Source: Methanomassiliicoccaceae archaeon (GTDB taxonomy: Archaea > Thermoplasmatota > Thermoplasmata > Methanomassiliicoccales > Methanomassiliicoccaceae). Taken from it: a stretch of DNA of 64,000 nt. Numbering within the stretch: the first letter of the stretch is position 1; each line of letters starts with the position of its first letter. The position numbers and the translations under genes are program-made. This document shows, piece by piece, positions 19,355 through 28,328 of this stretch. The DNA is taken from contig JAXGZN010000001.1 in the NCBI GenBank assembly GCA_040776945.1, positions 864,001-928,000 of the forward strand, written 5' to 3'. The notes beneath the pieces were generated by a model. It searched no databases. It worked only from the letters and a program-made list of their open reading frames with translations, and had not been told where the DNA came from.

Positions 19355-19573
19355 ATGGCGGATTCACACGCGGACAAGTGCCAAGCCTGCGGAAGGAAGA
19401 TCAGCAAGGAGCGGCCCACTGGACCCGGCGGCCCCAAGCTTGGTTATCAATGCTCCAAATGCGATCAATGGGTGTGCGGAGACTGCACCGACTGGAACGC
19501 CTCGGAGACCAATATGCACATTTGCTCGCGGTGCGCCGGACGGACAGCGCCGAGGAAGAGCGGGTGCGACTGA
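19355..19573 (+). CDS. Small 8-Cys zinc-finger protein (FYVE/PHD-like spacing)
   Basis: CQAC, CSKC, CGDC and CSRC in 72 aa; AGGTG RBS upstream. Confidence 0.68.
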   Translation: MADSHADKCQACGRKISKERPTGPGGPKLGYQCSKCDQWVCGDCTDWNASETNMHICSRCAGRTAPRKSGCD

Positions 19574-19628
19574 TCGACCCGTCACTTTCTTTTATTAATG
19601 TTCTTCTGAGCGGCCCCCAGCAATGCGG

Positions 19629-20378
19629 TCACCCTCTTCCAGAGGCCCCCCCGCCTCCTGATCGGCCGCCTCCAAACCCTCCCCTCTTGCCTCCAGCCAA
19701 AAGGGCCAGGGCCCAAATGAAGGGCCTCAAGGCCGCGCCTTTTGTGACGATCACCACGATTATGAAAACCGCCGCGATGATGGCCCACTCCCCCCACGTG
19801 AACGGTGCGCCTACTATGGGGAAGGCCGGACCTCCGGACCGTCCCCCCTCGAACTCCAGGATGAGTATCTCACCGAGGGCGTAGGTGAGCTCGAAGAGCC
19901 CGTCGCCATAGAATCCCGCGGTCATGTTGGGCACCAGATACTCTTCGGCAAGACGGTTCACCCTGACGTCGGTCAGGACCCCCTCAAGACCATAGCCGAC
20001 CTCGATCCTCCACGCCCTGTCCTCGGTGGCCACTACCACAAGGACGCCGTTGTCATGACCAGACCTGCCAATGCCGTTGTACTGGAAGGTCCTCAGAGCG
20101 TAATAGTCGATGTCATGCGGGTACGTGGTGTCGACCACCAGGACCGCCATCTCGCAGCTGGTGTTGCGGTCCACCTCATGACATATTGCGCTGATGTAAT
20201 ACAGATCGTCCTGGGTCAAGGCGCCGGCCAGGTCGGTGACGTAATATTCGAGACGCGGGAAGCCGCTCTCCTCGACGCTTCCGGTCTGGCGGGCCAGCAG
20301 ATACCCTCCTCCGACGATCGCCGCGATCATGATCGACAGGACCAGCAGTCCGGCCACCAGGCGGGCGGAGCTTCGCAA
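19629..20378 (-). CDS. TPM-domain (YgcG-like) membrane protein
   Basis: YVTDLAGAL, DNGVLVVVA..DR..RIEVGYGLEG.LTD, and a Gly-rich FGGGRSGGGGAS tail. Confidence 0.92.
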   Translation of the reverse strand: MRSSARLVAGLLVLSIMIAAIVGGGYLLARQTGSVEESGFPRLEYYVTDLAGALTQDDLYYISAICHEVDRNTSCEMAVLVVDTTYPHDIDYYALRTFQYNGIGRSGHDNGVLVVVATEDRAWRIEVGYGLEGVLTDVRVNRLAEEYLVPNMTAGFYGDGLFELTYALGEILILEFEGGRSGGPAFPIVGAPFTWGEWAIIAAVFIIVVIVTKGAALRPFIWALALLAGGKRGGFGGGRSGGGGASGRG

Positions 20379-20384
20379 GCGCGC

Positions 20385-20933
20385 TCACTGTCCTCTTTCG
20401 AAGTAAGGAGCCTCCGTGAAACCGAAAGCTCCGGCCACCAGGTTGCTTGGGAAGCTCAGGACCGCAGTATTGTAGTCGGTGACCGCGTCGTTGTAGAATA
20501 TCCGTGCAGCGGCGATGCGGTTCTGGGTGCCCTCCAGCTCCACAATGACATCCCTGATGACATCGATGGACTGGATGTAGGGGTTCGATTCAGCGACCGA
20601 GAGGAAGGAGCCCACCTGCACTGAGAACTCATTGGTAACGTTGACCTGGTCCCTCATCGTTCCGTTGGCAAGCGTGTTCAGCCACTGGGTCCGAAGCTGG
20701 GTGATGTTGGCTAGCAGGCCTTGCTCGAACTGCATCGACACGTTCTGCTGCGCCAGCACTTGAGGGATAAGGTCCATCTGCCTCTGGACCTGTATCTCGA
20801 TGGCGCTCCACTTGTTCTTTACGTTCTGCTCCTTGGACACGAGCGAATTGTATGGCAGCGCGACCATCAATAGCATCGCCGCTATGGCTATTACGGCTAT
20901 GATGCCTACGATCGACCTTTTGGACATGGCCAT
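20385..20933 (-). CDS. lemA: LemA family protein
   Basis: YNSLV..EQ.V...WS.IE.Q.QR..DLIP, ELEGTQNRIAAAR.FYN.AV..YN, FPSNLVA..FGF. Confidence 0.93.
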   Translation of the reverse strand: MAMSKRSIVGIIAVIAIAAMLLMVALPYNSLVSKEQNVKNKWSAIEIQVQRQMDLIPQVLAQQNVSMQFEQGLLANITQLRTQWLNTLANGTMRDQVNVTNEFSVQVGSFLSVAESNPYIQSIDVIRDVIVELEGTQNRIAAARIFYNDAVTDYNTAVLSFPSNLVAGAFGFTEAPYFERGQ

Positions 20934-21002
20934 GTGGACAGGGAGAAAGCATCAGCTAATCAATCTATACCCCTGAATAAATGGATTCAGGAATATCCTG
21001 CC

Positions 21003-21503
21003 CTATGAGGTGAACCAGGCCTTGGTGGATGGGAGCAGCAGGTAGACCAGTATGAGCACCGGGATCAATATCGACAGCCCCATCGTCGCCAGGTTTGCGA
21101 GTGACAAACTGGCCAGCGAGGACACCACCGAAGAAACTATGCTAAGGATCACGAAAATCACCCCGATCATCCACGCCCAACGCTTGCCCTTTAGGAACCC
21201 CCACGCCAGGAAGAAAGCGACGATCGCCATGATGAGAAGCACCACACCAAGGGCACCGAACAGCGCTGGCCCCATCTCAAGGATCCATCCCGGGACGTCC
21301 TGTCCAAGCTGGTCTAGGAAATCTTGCGAGGACATGAGCGTGGCCAGGCCGAAGAGGCCTAGGGAGCCTATAAGGAGGAAGACCCCCTCTATGATCATCA
21401 ATATCGCCAGGATCGTTACGCCCAGAGGTCGGCTGCGGGCCGGTGGGTAATAAGGCCCCTGCGGTTGCGGCTGCGCATAGGGCGGCGGCTCATAGGTCGT
21501 CAT
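21003..21503 (-). CDS. 4-TM hypothetical membrane protein (RPLGVTILAIL family)
   Basis: 166 aa; RPLGVTILAIL, WGFLKGKRWAW, VYLLLPSTKAWF. Confidence 0.8.
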   Translation of the reverse strand: MTTYEPPPYAQPQPQGPYYPPARSRPLGVTILAILMIIEGVFLLIGSLGLFGLATLMSSQDFLDQLGQDVPGWILEMGPALFGALGVVLLIMAIVAFFLAWGFLKGKRWAWMIGVIFVILSIVSSVVSSLASLSLANLATMGLSILIPVLILVYLLLPSTKAWFTS

Positions 21504-21720
21504 GATGGGTAGTATGCGAAGTCCGGACCTTAATAAATATTGACAGCAAAATCCTCCCGGTTCCTCAGGCGGACCACCCCATGATATCAGTGCGAATGTG
21601 CCATTCTAGGCGGTACAAGACAACCTCGTTCTAAGACTCATTCAAACGGATCAGCGCCAGGCTCCAATGAGAAAGTGGCCTCGAGGTGACGATGATAATA
21701 AAAAGGAGCGCGAAAGGTGT

Positions 21721-22121
21721 TTACCTGCCGAAGAAGGCCTTCACCGGCGGAGTGTACAGGTAGTAGACGATTATTGCGTTGATCGCCAGCTTACCAGGCT
21801 GGAGAAGTTCCCGCCAACCATGCTAGCGAGCGCCATCAAGATGCCCAGTACGCCGAAGATCAACCCCAGGAGCCAGGCCCAGCCTTTGCCGGTCCATAGT
21901 CCCCAGGCGATGACCAGTTGGATCAATCCCATGATGAGCGTGATCCCGCCGATGGCCGCTCCCAAGGCACCAATTTCGCTCGCAAGCGCCGACACTCCCA
22001 TTATGGCCATCCCTCCAAGGATGGCCATTATTCCGCCCAATGCGCTCAGTATCGCCAATATCGTGACCCCGAGAGGCCTGACCTTTACCGGGGCGTTGTA
22101 GGGTTGAGTGGCTGTGGTCAT
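21721..22121 (-). pseudogene. Paralogous 4-TM membrane protein with a 1-nt frameshift near 21790 (pseudogene or sequence error)
   Basis: The ORF stops early at 21771, but the adjacent frame continues LAINAIIVYYLYTPPVKAFFGR* to TAA at 21721, matching the paralog C-terminus. Confidence 0.72.
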
Positions 22122-22225
22122 TGACCCATAATACATTTGTTAATATATACGCCCATCTAATGGGGCCCGCCTTCCGATGATAACGAGGTCATAGCGGTTA
22201 AATAATGTCTCGTGAATGAAAAGCC

Positions 22226-22942
22226 GTGGCCGCCATCGAGGTGCGCGACCTGCGCAAGAGGTTCTCAACCATCAACGCACTGGACGGCGTCACGTTCTCG
22301 GTCCGTGAGGGCACGTTCTTCGGCTGCTTCGGACCCAACGGTGCGGGCAAGAGCACCCTCCTCAAGGTACTTACCGGACAGATCGAGCCCACGGAGGGCG
22401 TGGCCCGTGTGCTGGATATGGACGTCAGGGGCAATGGCATCAGAGTGCGCGAGCAAGTGGGGATAGTCCCCGAGGTCGAATCCCCGCCCAGTTATCTCAC
22501 GGCCTACGAGTTCCTGTATTTTGTGGCCGAGATCAGGAAGGTCGATGACATCAATGGCCGCATCCAACGTTGGACCGAGTTCTTCGATCTTGAGGGGACC
22601 AGGGGTACGCTATGCAAAGACCTGTCCAAAGGCACAAGGCAGAAGGTGATGCTATCGGCGGCGTTCTTGCACGAGCCAAAGGTATTGTTCCTGGATGAGC
22701 CGTTCGTGAACCTGGACCCAATATATCAGCATAAGCTGCGCGAGTATCTCCTGGAACTGCGGGACGAGGGGCGCACCATATTCCTGTGCTCTCACATCCT
22801 AGAGATGGCCCAGAGACTATGCCAGGAGATGATAATCCTCAACCACGGGAGGATTGTCGCTTCAGGGAGTGTAGCGGAGCTGACCGAGAAGGAGGACCTT
22901 GAGTCTCTGTTCCTGCGCATGGTGAACGATGATACCGCTTAG
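22226..22942 (+). CDS. ABC transporter ATP-binding protein
   Basis: GPNGAGKST Walker A, LSKGTRQKV signature, LFLDEP Walker B, SH switch. Confidence 0.95.
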   Translation: MAAIEVRDLRKRFSTINALDGVTFSVREGTFFGCFGPNGAGKSTLLKVLTGQIEPTEGVARVLDMDVRGNGIRVREQVGIVPEVESPPSYLTAYEFLYFVAEIRKVDDINGRIQRWTEFFDLEGTRGTLCKDLSKGTRQKVMLSAAFLHEPKVLFLDEPFVNLDPIYQHKLREYLLELRDEGRTIFLCSHILEMAQRLCQEMIILNHGRIVASGSVAELTEKEDLESLFLRMVNDDTA

Positions 22943-24392
22943 ACTGATGCTGCGCGAGGAGTATCGTCTGCATACTTCGTACTCCTCGACCAGAATGTTC
23001 CTGGCCATGCCCATGTTCGTGTTCATGATATCTTTCGTGACCGCTCTCACGCTCAGGAACCTGCAGGGCACGGTGGACCTTGAGGACCTCATGCTCGGTC
23101 TGAACTCAGGCGTATGCCTTTACGGAATGAGCGTAGGGGCCCTGGGCTTCATAGCGAGGACCTATGTGGAAAGAAGGCAGGGGAAGTACAATTACATGGT
23201 GGCAATGCCTGCCCTGCTGCCCATGTCCTACCGGGCCACCTTCACCGGGATGTACATAAGGGACATCGTCTTCTACATGGCGCTGGTCCTGGGCCCGGCA
23301 TGCCTAGGGCTAGCGGCCGCCGCAGTGGCGGTACACTACCGTTGGTCCGCGGTCCTCTCAGTATCGATCGTTCTGATGCTCTCCTTCCTATTGGGGATCG
23401 CGCTAAGCTTTTTCGTGTCGGTCATCGGTTCACGGAGCCGTACCGCTCTTTTCATCTTGATCGGAGCTATGATCTCAGTGCTCATCGGCTTCGGCGTACT
23501 AGGCCTATATGGCATGGAATCATTCATGCCGTCAATCGGTCTACAGATGGCCTTGCCACCGTTCGGATCGGACCTCGGAGCGGCGGGATACTATCTCGCT
23601 GCGTCCATCTCCTCCATACTGCTCATGAGCGTCCTGGCGGTCCTGTGCGTCCCCGATACGATCGAGGGCGGAGTGAAGAGAAGGTCCCTGCGGCAGGACA
23701 TCCTGCCGTCGTACCTTCGCCGGTTCGCCTTCGCCCGCTCCTACCGACCGTTGCTGGCCAAGGAGGCGGTGGACCTGCTAAGGAGCGGAACGGTGGGCAA
23801 GATATCGTTCACCTTCATAGTTCCCCTGACCTTCCTTAGCTTCACCACCTGGTATGTCAACAATGGCCTTAACGTCCCGGTGGGGTTCAACCTCGTGTTC
23901 TACGCATCCATGGTCGGCTTCTTCGGGGTCATGCTCTATTCCTGGCTGACCAACATGGACAACGTGGACTACTATGAGACGCTGCCGGTGAGCCCGTCGA
24001 GGCTTATCCGCACCAAGCTCATCATGTTCATCCTGTTGACCACGGGCATATCCACCGCCTTCGTGGTGGCTCTGGCGTTCATCAACGATGAGACCAGGCT
24101 GTTGTGGCTGGCCCTTCCGGTGCTATACGTGACCTCGGCCTATATGGTGGTGGCCATGTCCTATCTTACCGGGCTTCATCCCAACTCGTACTTGTTCGAT
24201 CCCGGCGTTCTGCTCCGGTTCGCCCTCATCTCCCTGGTCCCTCAGGTGGGACTGACCATACTGTCGTTCTCCGTGGACCGCTCGTTGGGGGCCGCAGCGA
24301 TCGCCATCGCCGCCGTCCTGGGGACCCTTATCGTCATAACCTTGGCCATGAACCACAGGCTGGACCGGCGATGGTCGGTCAATGGTCTGTGA
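22929..24392 (+). CDS. Putative ABC-2-type exporter permease
   Basis: 487 aa multi-TM protein with LLAKE..DL.R and YETLPV motifs; overlaps the ATPase gene. Confidence 0.8.
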   Translation: MIPLRLMLREEYRLHTSYSSTRMFLAMPMFVFMISFVTALTLRNLQGTVDLEDLMLGLNSGVCLYGMSVGALGFIARTYVERRQGKYNYMVAMPALLPMSYRATFTGMYIRDIVFYMALVLGPACLGLAAAAVAVHYRWSAVLSVSIVLMLSFLLGIALSFFVSVIGSRSRTALFILIGAMISVLIGFGVLGLYGMESFMPSIGLQMALPPFGSDLGAAGYYLAASISSILLMSVLAVLCVPDTIEGGVKRRSLRQDILPSYLRRFAFARSYRPLLAKEAVDLLRSGTVGKISFTFIVPLTFLSFTTWYVNNGLNVPVGFNLVFYASMVGFFGVMLYSWLTNMDNVDYYETLPVSPSRLIRTKLIMFILLTTGISTAFVVALAFINDETRLLWLALPVLYVTSAYMVVAMSYLTGLHPNSYLFDPGVLLRFALISLVPQVGLTILSFSVDRSLGAAAIAIAAVLGTLIVITLAMNHRLDRRWSVNGL

Positions 24393-24519
24393 CCGGACGT
24401 ATTACAAGACATGCTGCCTTCTTTGTCCGGAAAGCCTTTTGGCCCGTTCGCATGCGGCTTCGCCGGCCCCCTCCACAACCACCGGTCCCGATAACCCCTC
24501 AAAGTAACTCGGACGGATG

Positions 24520-24700
24520 GAGCGCCTTGGGCCCCGGTCTTTCAAGGCCCATCTCCCTTTCCTCCAATTCCTGCCCATAGGGGGCTCTCGACCCTCCTCC
24601 TGCTCCCTTAAGGACTGAAATTGTAGAGGAGCACGATGGGCCTTTTCTCGCAGGGACGAAAGAACGTGATAGTTGTTCGGAGCCGTCATCGAAGGCGCTC
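24520..24700 (-). ncRNA. Candidate structured non-coding RNA (long interrupted hairpin, ~180 nt)
   Basis: Nested pairings read by eye: GAGCGCCUU/AAGGCGCUC, GGCUCCG/CGGGGCC, UCUUUC/GAAAGA, AAGGCCCAUC/GAUGGGCCUU, UCCUC-CAAUUUC/GGAAUUG-GAGGA, apical C-GAGA-G. G-U wobbles form only on the minus strand. Intergenic. Confidence 0.6.
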
Positions 24701-24787
24701 ACCCCTCGCCCCTCTATGTTCGCATCTAAGGGATGATGTCCCTCCTTCACATAAGGTTAAACGGTAGTGGCGGTTGATGGAAAGCCC

Positions 24788-25342
24788 ATGGAGCACAGTT
24801 CCATCCTCAGACGGACAGTCCATCTGAGCGCCCCAGTGTTCCTGGTCTATTACTTCCTGCCCTCCCCCCTCTGGTATGGAGGGCCGCCTAAAGAGATAGG
24901 CCTCCTGACGGTCCTGGCGGCAACGATGACCTTCGAGCTCGCGCGCCTTCTCATTGGCTTCAAGGTACCTGGGTTGAGGCCGTACGAGTCGGACCAGATG
25001 TCCGCTGCCGCCTGGACCAGCGTTGCGCTCACCTTCTCCTTCCTGTTCTTCCCCATAGAGCTGACCGCCCCGGTCATCTTCGGGATGGCCCTGGTAGACC
25101 CCGCGATCAGCATATTGCGGAGGACCAGATGGTACCCATGGCTGCCCTACGCGATGCACCTCACGGTCATGCTGCTCGTGCTCGCCCTCCTGGTACCGGT
25201 GGACCTGAGGTGGTTGTTCGCAGCAACAGTGGTCTCGGGAGCGGCGGTCGCCTCAGAGGCAGTTAAAACACGCTATGTGGACGATGATTTCCTGATGATC
25301 GTCGTTCCGCTGCTCGTATTCTTCCTGACAGCCGGCCCTTAA
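24788..25342 (+). CDS. Dolichol/phytol kinase-like (CTP_transf_1) membrane protein
   Basis: RRTVHL, LRPYE, LVDP, YVDDDFL motifs; multi-TM. Confidence 0.72.
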   Translation: MEHSSILRRTVHLSAPVFLVYYFLPSPLWYGGPPKEIGLLTVLAATMTFELARLLIGFKVPGLRPYESDQMSAAAWTSVALTFSFLFFPIELTAPVIFGMALVDPAISILRRTRWYPWLPYAMHLTVMLLVLALLVPVDLRWLFAATVVSGAAVASEAVKTRYVDDDFLMIVVPLLVFFLTAGP

Positions 25343-25515
25343 TCTCCTTTCCGCCAGGTGACAGTTCCGAAGAAGCCCTTCTTAGGGTACCGGTCATAGT
25401 TCTTAATGAACGCCTGATACGGTCCCTCACAGTTCTTGAGGGCCTCCTCCTCGGTGTCATAGACCTTGCCGGTCCACGCGCACTGATAATAGACCTTCTG
25501 TGGCTTGTCGGCCAT
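25339..25515 (-). CDS. Small hypothetical protein (58 aa)
   Basis: MADKPQKVYYQCAWTGKVYDTEEEALKNCEGPY...; protein-like codon use and an upstream TATA-like TTATTAA. Confidence 0.65.
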   Translation of the reverse strand: MADKPQKVYYQCAWTGKVYDTEEEALKNCEGPYQAFIKNYDRYPKKGFFGTVTWRKGD

Positions 25516-25646
25516 GGGAACGAGTAATTGTATCGTTGTTAATAACCTTTGAGGTCCGCTCGAGGGCGGATGCACCGCCCTCATGACCTATGGCCATAGA
25601 ACACGGCAATAGCCCTTTATATTCATACAGACCAATTAGGTGGGCT

Positions 25647-26144
25647 ATGAATAGAATCAAGGTTATCAACGAGCCATCGGAACTTGTACCGATGTTGCGA
25701 GCCGTTGATACCAAGGTAAAGAGGGAAGTCCTCAAAGAGGTGACGCTGGAATGGCGCACTACGAAGGAAATAGAGGCGAAGTTTGGGCCTGAGGGGTCCG
25801 ATGCCCTCAAGTTCTTTGAAAAGATGAAGCTGGTGGAAACCAGATGGCAATCGACCAGCGGATCTTTCCCGGAGAAGGCCTATCATACCTATTACACCTC
25901 CTTTCACATAAACGCCTCATGGCCGGTTTATGAGATATCCGATGTTCTGGCCGCGGCGATGATGCCCGAGGATGAGTTCGAGAAGCTGGAGAAGGACATA
26001 TTCAAGGAAGTAGGGCCAGAGGGCCGCTTCGCTGGCGATATCGCCGAGAAGCTGGGGATCACGTCCACCATGCTGAGGAGCCTGGTGAAGCGCTCGGTCC
26101 GCCTGGACTACCGGGGACACCGCATCGAGCGCCTAAAGGAGTGA
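25647..26144 (+). CDS. Archaeal ArsR-family (COG4860-type) regulator
   Basis: [24 protein letters not shown]...PEKAYHT.Y; AGGTG RBS. Confidence 0.8.
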   Translation: MNRIKVINEPSELVPMLRAVDTKVKREVLKEVTLEWRTTKEIEAKFGPEGSDALKFFEKMKLVETRWQSTSGSFPEKAYHTYYTSFHINASWPVYEISDVLAAAMMPEDEFEKLEKDIFKEVGPEGRFAGDIAEKLGITSTMLRSLVKRSVRLDYRGHRIERLKE

Positions 26145-26677
26145 GCCCCGGGATGCCCGAAATATACGTCCTCAGGCTCGGCCATCGACCGGAGAGGGAC
26201 AAGAGGGTCACCACCCATGTCGCGCTCACCGCCCGTGCCTTCGGGGCCAAGGGAATTTTCGTCTCCACGCCGGACGAGGAGCTGGAAAGGAGCGTGCGCT
26301 CGGTGGTAAAGCGCTTTGGAGGCGACTTCTCCATCACCACCGGTGTGAAGTGGAAGGAGGTCCTGCGCGGCTTTGAAGGGACCAAGGTGCACCTGACCAT
26401 GTATGGCACGCACATCGATGATGCGCTTCCCAGAGTGCGGGCGGCCATGGCCGAGAGGATGCTGATTATCGTGGGAGCGGAGAAGGTGCCTCCTGAGGTC
26501 TACCAGGCAGCTACCTTTAACATAGGGGTGGGGAACCAGCCCCACTCTGAGGTGGCCGCCCTGGCCATCTTCTTGGACCGCCTGAAGGAAGGGGCCGGGC
26601 TGCATGCTGACTTTCATGGCCGCATGACCGTAGTGCCGTGCGAACGGGGGAAGAAAGTTGTCAACGATACCGAATGA
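26141..26677 (+). CDS. trm56: tRNA (cytidine(56)-2'-O)-methyltransferase
   Basis: [50 protein letters not shown]. Confidence 0.96.
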   Translation: MSPGMPEIYVLRLGHRPERDKRVTTHVALTARAFGAKGIFVSTPDEELERSVRSVVKRFGGDFSITTGVKWKEVLRGFEGTKVHLTMYGTHIDDALPRVRAAMAERMLIIVGAEKVPPEVYQAATFNIGVGNQPHSEVAALAIFLDRLKEGAGLHADFHGRMTVVPCERGKKVVNDTE

Positions 26678-27257
26678 ACAAGAATGCTTAGATATTCTAA
26701 GGGCGCAGGGCGCGCCGGACAGGTTGATCAAGCACGTCTGCACCGTGGCAAGGCTCGCCGTGCTCATGGCACAGCGGTGCAAGGCCGACGTGGACCTGGT
26801 CAGGGCAGGAGGCCTTCTCCATGATATTGGCAGGTCCAGAACGCAGGACATACGGCACGGGGTGGAGGGCGAGGCCATCGCCCGTTCCCTCTCTCTACCA
26901 GAGCCCCTGGTCCTGATCATCCGTAAGCATGTGGGGGCAGGGATACTCCCTCAGGAGGCAGCGGCCCTTGGCCTACCGGACCTGGACTACGTCCCCTGCA
27001 CCCTGGAAGAGAAGATCGTGTGCCACGCCGATAACCTGGTCGGGGACGCAGACTTCATGATCTCGGAGCGGGCGTATCGGGATTTCGTTCAGAAAGGGCT
27101 CCGCGACGCCGGGAACCGCATGCTGGAAATGCACTACGAGCTCTCAATGGCATGCTGCGCCGACGTCAACTCCATCGTCGAGGAGATCCGCGATCAGGAG
27201 CCTAAGGGGCCCTGCGCTCAATACTTGAGGAAGCGCATGGACGATCGGCCAAGCTAG
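26658..27257 (+). CDS. HD-domain (HDIG) metal-dependent phosphohydrolase
   Basis: [32 protein letters not shown]. Confidence 0.9.
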   Translation: MSTIPNEQECLDILRAQGAPDRLIKHVCTVARLAVLMAQRCKADVDLVRAGGLLHDIGRSRTQDIRHGVEGEAIARSLSLPEPLVLIIRKHVGAGILPQEAAALGLPDLDYVPCTLEEKIVCHADNLVGDADFMISERAYRDFVQKGLRDAGNRMLEMHYELSMACCADVNSIVEEIRDQEPKGPCAQYLRKRMDDRPS

Positions 27258-27401
27258 GCCGCTGCCAGCGGCCGTCAAGACGGCCCCGATATTGAAGCGA
27301 TGCCCTCAGGCCAGCGTGCGCCTCCATTGGAGAAAGCACGCTTCGAAAATTAAAAGAGTGAAAGGGCGAGGGAACGACCGCCCTCGAAAGGATGCCCTGA
27401 C

Positions 27402-27665
27402 CTATAGCTTGGCCGCGGGCTTCTTAGTGGTGACCCGCTTGGGGAAGTATTTCAGGATGATGATGTCCCCGACCGACTGGATCCACCGGAACGGAACGTT
27501 AACGGCCTTGGACTCTTCCACCAGCAGAGGGTTCGTCTCGCTGACGAACAGGCCATCCACGCGCTTATTGTCCAGGTCGATGACCAGGTTGTTGACGTTT
27601 CCAAGGAAAATGCCGCTCGACGTGTAGACCTGCAGTCCCATTAGCTCAGACGCTTCCTCTAGCAT
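27402..27665 (-). CDS. PRC-barrel protein (CdpB1-like)
   Basis: SELMGLQVYT..G.FLGNV, VPFRWIQSVGDIII. Confidence 0.85.
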   Translation of the reverse strand: MLEEASELMGLQVYTSSGIFLGNVNNLVIDLDNKRVDGLFVSETNPLLVEESKAVNVPFRWIQSVGDIIILKYFPKRVTTKKPAAKL

Positions 27666-27847
27666 GAGTCATCCCGGCGTGGTATCCCGTTCCCTCTTTT
27701 AATATGTTGTGTCCCAATTCATATGCTGGACCGCTCAGCCCTGTGCAAGCGGAAGGAACGGACCTCACAGGTCATCGGAAATTTATATAACGATGAACGC
27801 GATATACGGTTTTGCATTTGAACTGTAAAACCGTTGGAGGTCATAAT

Positions 27848-28243
27848 GTGGACGAGATCGATCAGATAAGGGAAAAGAAAAAGCAGGAACTGATGAAGAG
27901 CGTAGCTATGGAAGCCGATTGGCCTTCCGAGCCCGTCGATGTGACCGACGGCACGTTCAACGATTTCGTCAAGAAATATGGCCTGGCGGTCGTGGACTGC
28001 TGGGCGCCGTGGTGCGGGCCGTGCCGCATGGTGGCCCCGGTTATCGATGCCCTTGCAAAGGAAATGCAGGGGAAGATAGCCTTCGGCAAGCTCAACACTG
28101 ACATGAACCCCAAGATATCCATGCGCTTTCAGATCGAGGCCATCCCCACATTGCTGGTGATGAAGGGAGGCGACCTTGTGGAGCGCATCGTAGGGGCAAA
28201 GCCAAAGGAGGACCTGGCCCGCCGGCTCAAGGCCCACCTTTGA
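27848..28243 (+). CDS. trxA: Thioredoxin
   Basis: WAPWCGPC active site, cis-Pro AIPTL; GTG start after GGAGGT. Confidence 0.94.
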   Translation: MDEIDQIREKKKQELMKSVAMEADWPSEPVDVTDGTFNDFVKKYGLAVVDCWAPWCGPCRMVAPVIDALAKEMQGKIAFGKLNTDMNPKISMRFQIEAIPTLLVMKGGDLVERIVGAKPKEDLARRLKAHL

Positions 28244-28328
28244 GCAAACCATTTACATTTTTACTTTTCGGACTTCCTCATCACGAAAGTATAAAAACCA
28301 TCCCGGCGCTAATGGCTTCGGGAGAACA

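Noticed and set aside
24400-24750. RNase P RNA or SRP RNA
   Set aside because: GAGGAAAG is not followed by the P4 consensus; the helix-8-like motif lacks the CAGG/GNAR signature and no Alu domain was recognised. Kept as an unknown ncRNA candidate instead.
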